DNA of 64,000 nt from an uncultured Acidobacteriaceae bacterium (GTDB lineage: Bacteria; Acidobacteriota; Terriglobia; Terriglobales; Acidobacteriaceae), in the NCBI GenBank assembly GCA_963839075.1, contig CAWITO010000009.1, forward strand, positions 1,306,720-1,370,719, given 5' to 3'. The position numbers were made by a program, and so were the translations under genes. Positions 60,271 through 64,000 of the stretch are shown here, one piece after another; the stretch's first letter is position 1; the number at the start of each line of letters is the position of its first letter. The notes under the pieces were generated by a model. The model had not been told where the DNA came from. It saw only the letters and a program-made list of their open reading frames with translations, and made no database searches.

Positions 60271-63200
60271 AGGGTTCCGTGGGTAATTCGTTGGCGTCGG
60301 CGGTCTGCCGCAGCATCGATACCACTAATGTCTCTACATCCTGGGGCTGCACCCGCGCCTTAGTCAGGAACTCGGTGTTTCCCAGGCGCAGTTTTTCCCG
60401 TTCGCTTTCGCTCAGGTCCTGCGCGGAGTAGACCACCAGGGGGAGGCTCTTCATTTCCTGCTGCTGACGCAGCCAATCGACCAGTCCAAAGCCGTCGCCA
60501 TCGGGGAGCGCGATATCGAGGATAACCAGGTCCGGCCGCGAAGAAACGCAGAGTTCCATTGCTTTGCGTTGCGTCGAAGCATGATGCACCTGGATACCAG
60601 CCCGCTCGAATGTCGCCAGGATCACTTTTGCCAGATCCGCGTCGTCTTCTACCAGGAGCACGCGCGAAGGCTCGCGCTCGACCCGCAAAACCTTGGAAAG
60701 TGCCGCCAGCATCGATTCCGTTTCCAGCGGCTGCTCCAGCCACGCATCGGCGGCCTTTTCGACTTCAGGATCATTGAGCGCACCGAAGGCGCTCAACACC
60801 ACCACCGGGATAGACGCCGTGCGCAGGTCGTCGCGCAGCAAATGCAGCGTCTCCCAACCATGCAGGCTGGGCAAGCTCATATCCAGCAGGATCGCCTGGA
60901 TGGGGGTCTGCCGTGCCACGACCACGGCTTCATCACCGGTGGCCGCTTCCAGCACGGAGTAGCCATTCTGTCGCAGGCTCTCGACCAGCACCGCGCGGGT
61001 CGAGGGGTTCTCATCGCATACCAGCACGGAAGTGGTGTTGACCTCCGGCGCAACTCCTCCGCCGAGCCGCAGCATTTCCGCATCCCGCGTGACGCTGGGC
61101 AGGAACATGCGGAACGTCGACCCCCGGTCGGGATTGCGCTCCGCCCAAATTCGTCCGCCATGCTGCATGACGATCGTCCGGCATATGGCCAGTCCGAGAC
61201 CGGTACCACCTTTTTGCCGGGCATCGGAAGCGTCGACTTGCTGGAAGCGGTCGAAGATCGACTCCAGCTTGTCCTTGGGAATGCCGCGTCCGTTGTCCCT
61301 TACGCTGATCGTCACCCCATCCAGCAGGCGATCGAGCGAAACCGTGACCGTCGATCCTGGGGGGGAGAATTTGATGGCATTGCTCAGCAGGTTCGTCATC
61401 ACCTGCTGCAGGCGATCGGGGTCGACTTCCACCTGCATCGGTCCTGACTCGAGCAGCATTTGTACCTTGGCCGCCTCTGCCATGGGGTTCATGGCGTCGA
61501 TAGCTTGCTTTGCCAGGTCGTCGAGGTCACAGGCGCGGTAGGTGAGCGGTGCCCGGCCAGATTGCATGCGCTCCAGGTCAAGGATGTCGTTGATCAGGCG
61601 CACCAGCCGGTCGGAGTTGGTGACCGCGATCCGCAGCAGGTTCGACGCCTTCTCGCCCATCTCGCCTAGAAGCCCGGTCGCCAACAGCCCCAGCGATCCA
61701 CGGATCGAAGTGAGCGGGGTGCGCAGCTCGTGGCTTACGGTCGAGACAAACTCATCCTTCATGCGATCGAGCGCGTAGCGCTGGCTGATGTCACGGAAAC
61801 TGAGCACGCTGCCCACCGCAACGTTGTGCTCGACCATCGGGGTTACTGAGAACTCAACCGGGAAGGAAGCGCCGTTCTTGCGGTAGAAAACATCCTGACC
61901 ACTGGTGCCTTCGCGTACCAGGAAGGCGCGCCCGGTGCGGCATTGGTCCGAGCACTTTTCCCGGCCCTTACGCTCTTCATGCACCACCGAGTGGACCGTA
62001 CGGCCGATCAGATCGAAGGCATGGGCGCCGAGCATATTGGCCGCTGCCGGGTTCACAAAGACGATCCGCCCGGCGGAGTCGGTGCCGAAAATGCCGTCGG
62101 CGACCGAGTTCAGGATCGATTCCTTCTGCCGGTTCAACTCTTCCAGGCGGCTCTCCTGCGCCGAGCGCGCCATGAACTGCCCGATCGAAGCGCAGACGGT
62201 CTCGACTGTGGCCATCATTTCGCGGTCTTCGCGCTGCTTCTGGCGGCTGAAGAATTCGACTACAGCAATCACCTGGTTGCCCACGCGGACGGGAACGCCC
62301 CAGCCTGTGATCAGCCCGTCGGCTTTGGCCGAGGTGGCGCGCAGGAAGGTGCTGTCTTCCTGCAGGTCTTCAATCCAGCAGGGGCTTTCCGCTGCCCAAA
62401 TCTGGCCGGGCAGGTCCTTGCCCTTCTGTAGCACGCGGCCAATGCTGTCCTTATGAAATTCGTTGCAAGCCCGGTCGGGAGCAAACCATCCCGCCAGGTA
62501 ACGGGTGTGATGGTCGCTGCTCACAAACCACAATCCCGCCATATCGAAGCCCAGGTTCGTGCCCAGGGATTCGAGCATGGCCGGCAGCGCCTCGTCGGAG
62601 GTCGTGGACTCGCCCACTACCTGGCTGACGGCGAGCTGCATGGCCAACCGGCGTTCGCGCTGGTATTGCGCGGTGACATCGCGGAAGATGCAGCGCACCG
62701 ACACCGGCTCTCCGCGGTCCTGACGGCAGCTCAGGCTGGCTTCCAGCTCGCGGTACATCCCGCTGTCATCCTGCACGCGGAGGTTGGCGTGGTCGATTCG
62801 CTCGCCGCGCAGCGCACGATCAAAAAGGCTGGCCGCGTTGGCCTGCATCTCCGGCGGGAAGGCGGCCTCGAAGCTGAGCAGGCTTTCGAAGGCAGCGGCG
62901 CTCTTACCGAAGCAGGTCTGCCACGCCGGGTTGACGTACAGATACTTAGCCCGGGGGCTGAGGGTAGCGATCATCTCCTGCGAGTTGTCGAACAGATCGC
63001 GGTAGCGCTCTTCGCTTTCCCGCAGCGCATGCTCGGCGCGCTTGGTGGCGGTCAGGTCGGTGGCGATGGCCAGCAGACCCGTCAGCGCACCTTCGGTATT
63101 TCGTACCGCAGAGAGATAGACCATGGCGGGGAAGGTGGTTCCGTCTTTACGCCGGCAAAGGATCTCAAACCCACGCACCCGGCTGACAGGGAAGCTGGTG

Positions 63201-63691
63201 ACGTACTGGACATAGTGCTTCAGTTCCGTGGAAACACTCTCCAGATCAATGGCCGGGGAGCGATCAAGGCGGGAAACCAGCAGCTGCCCCACCCGTTCCA
63301 GTTCGCCTTCGGGAAACAGATCGTGGGCGTTCAGCTGGCCGACGACCTCATGGAAGCGGTAGCCGAGCATCCGTTCGGCGGCGGGATTGAAGATAAGAAG
63401 ATTGCCGAGCAGGTCGGTGGCGAGAATCATCGGCCCGGCGGAATCGAGGATGCTGCGCTGTAGCTGGGCTACCTGCTGCACCTGCCATTCGGCTTCATCC
63501 TGCCGGGAGGCATCGAGGAAGCTGTGCACGCAAAGGGCAATCAGCAGTACCTGAGCGCAGGCCCACACGATGACGGCGCCGGAAAAGGTCCCGCCGCGGC
63601 CGAGCAGCAAGACTACCCCGCCATAGGCGGAGAGCAGCAGCGCAACCGCGAAAAATATGGTGGAAGGCAGCCTATCTCGAAGCCAGGTCAC
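60242..63691 (-). CDS. Hybrid sensor histidine kinase (2 TM, multiple PAS, GAF, HisKA, HATPase, two receiver domains)
   Basis: 1149 aa. FVSTVSHELRTPLTSI (H-box), DNGRGIP...GGTGLGLAIC. Receivers are ...VLVCDENPSTRAVL...ILLDMSLPSLHGWE... and ...VLLVEDDADLAKVI...LVILDIALPDGDGF... Confidence 0.9.
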   Translation of the reverse strand: MTWLRDRLPSTIFFAVALLLSAYGGVVLLLGRGGTFSGAVIVWACAQVLLIALCVHSFLDASRQDEAEWQVQQVAQLQRSILDSAGPMILATDLLGNLLIFNPAAERMLGYRFHEVVGQLNAHDLFPEGELERVGQLLVSRLDRSPAIDLESVSTELKHYVQYVTSFPVSRVRGFEILCRRKDGTTFPAMVYLSAVRNTEGALTGLLAIATDLTATKRAEHALRESEERYRDLFDNSQEMIATLSPRAKYLYVNPAWQTCFGKSAAAFESLLSFEAAFPPEMQANAASLFDRALRGERIDHANLRVQDDSGMYRELEASLSCRQDRGEPVSVRCIFRDVTAQYQRERRLAMQLAVSQVVGESTTSDEALPAMLESLGTNLGFDMAGLWFVSSDHHTRYLAGWFAPDRACNEFHKDSIGRVLQKGKDLPGQIWAAESPCWIEDLQEDSTFLRATSAKADGLITGWGVPVRVGNQVIAVVEFFSRQKQREDREMMATVETVCASIGQFMARSAQESRLEELNRQKESILNSVADGIFGTDSAGRIVFVNPAAANMLGAHAFDLIGRTVHSVVHEERKGREKCSDQCRTGRAFLVREGTSGQDVFYRKNGASFPVEFSVTPMVEHNVAVGSVLSFRDISQRYALDRMKDEFVSTVSHELRTPLTSIRGSLGLLATGLLGEMGEKASNLLRIAVTNSDRLVRLINDILDLERMQSGRAPLTYRACDLDDLAKQAIDAMNPMAEAAKVQMLLESGPMQVEVDPDRLQQVMTNLLSNAIKFSPPGSTVTVSLDRLLDGVTISVRDNGRGIPKDKLESIFDRFQQVDASDARQKGGTGLGLAICRTIVMQHGGRIWAERNPDRGSTFRMFLPSVTRDAEMLRLGGGVAPEVNTTSVLVCDENPSTRAVLVESLRQNGYSVLEAATGDEAVVVARQTPIQAILLDMSLPSLHGWETLHLLRDDLRTASIPVVVLSAFGALNDPEVEKAADAWLEQPLETESMLAALSKVLRVEREPSRVLLVEDDADLAKVILATFERAGIQVHHASTQRKAMELCVSSRPDLVILDIALPDGDGFGLVDWLRQQQEMKSLPLVVYSAQDLSESEREKLRLGNTEFLTKARVQPQDVETLVVSMLRQTADANELPTEPYDTPHSDHR

Positions 63692-64000
63692 TCAAACTCG
63701 ATCGATGCGGGTCTAGTTAATGAGTTCTTGCCGAGTTAGCTCCATCCGTTTTGGACGACACTAACCCATGCTAGACGTTAACTATCCGGAGTATAGGCGT
63801 CTGGATTTTGCCTACACAGTAACTAAGAGTAGTCCACGTGGCATGGAGGAAGAACGTACGCATCTCCAACGGGTCGGATCGGGGGAAAACCGCAAAAGAT
63901 AAGCAGTGCGTTCCTGGTGTGGGATCGCGGACGCACTGGCTCTTTTTCTACTAACCGCGATGAAACGGAATTACGTTGGAACGACTCGCTACAAACCTAT

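Noticed and set aside
62453-63463. 336-aa + strand ORF
   Set aside because: It is antisense to the PAS region of the hybrid kinase. It is a shadow ORF with Gly/Ala/Arg-rich composition.
1-64000. tRNA, rRNA, tmRNA, RNase P, transposase or integrase genes
   Set aside because: I looked for T-loop-like GGTTCGAATCC motifs, RNase P GGAAAGTCC, large non-coding gaps and DDE/tyrosine-recombinase-like ORFs and found none. A computational scan (tRNAscan-SE, Infernal) would be needed to be certain.

Overview
The window is a high-GC (about 60%) bacterial chromosome segment that is mostly core genes. Its gene content and style suggest Acidobacteriota (CarboxypepD_reg-type TonB-dependent receptor, PD40 Ser/Thr kinase, beta-propeller lipoproteins, GGGTGSCCCAT hairpin repeats); this taxon call is inference, not a search result. 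All calls come from reading the ORF translations and the DNA by eye, with no database search.

Gene content, left to right:
- An ETF operon: ETF-QO (cut by the left edge), etfA, a small membrane protein, etfB and a zinc-ribbon ORF.
- A VOC protein, a 29% His mini-protein and an omega-like ORF.
- A hydroxyacid-type catabolic operon: lipoprotein, Na+/solute symporter, beta-hydroxyacid dehydrogenase and an FAD/Fe-S oxidase.
- Crotonase, ribH (with an extra N-terminal domain) and nusB.
- An LssY-like secreted protein.
- A SAM-cycle module: ahcY, an ArsR+methyltransferase (SahR-like) regulator and metK.
- rplM-rpsI and rpsB-tsf-pyrH.
- A low-GC insert with an orphan terminase-small-subunit-like gene and a tandem duplication.
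- An envelope cluster: porin, serine hydrolase, two propeller lipoproteins, an M13 peptidase and MlaD.
- acpS, recG, queA, a frameshifted Uma2 gene and polA.
- A TonB-dependent receptor divergent from a CpxRA-like two-component system.
- A Ser/Thr kinase, two tandem GT2 genes, glmM and xseA.
- A hybrid-kinase/receiver/Hpt phosphorelay.

No rRNA, tRNA, CRISPR array or transposase was seen. I found no clear novel multi-gene system.

Best leads:
1. The low-GC TerS-like island with its 234-bp-period duplication.
2. A covarying hairpin-repeat family, three copies in this window.
3. A helically phased GTNAC motif array in the receptor/cpxRA-like control region.
4. The VOC-like domain fused to RibH.
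5. The SahR-like SAM-cycle module.
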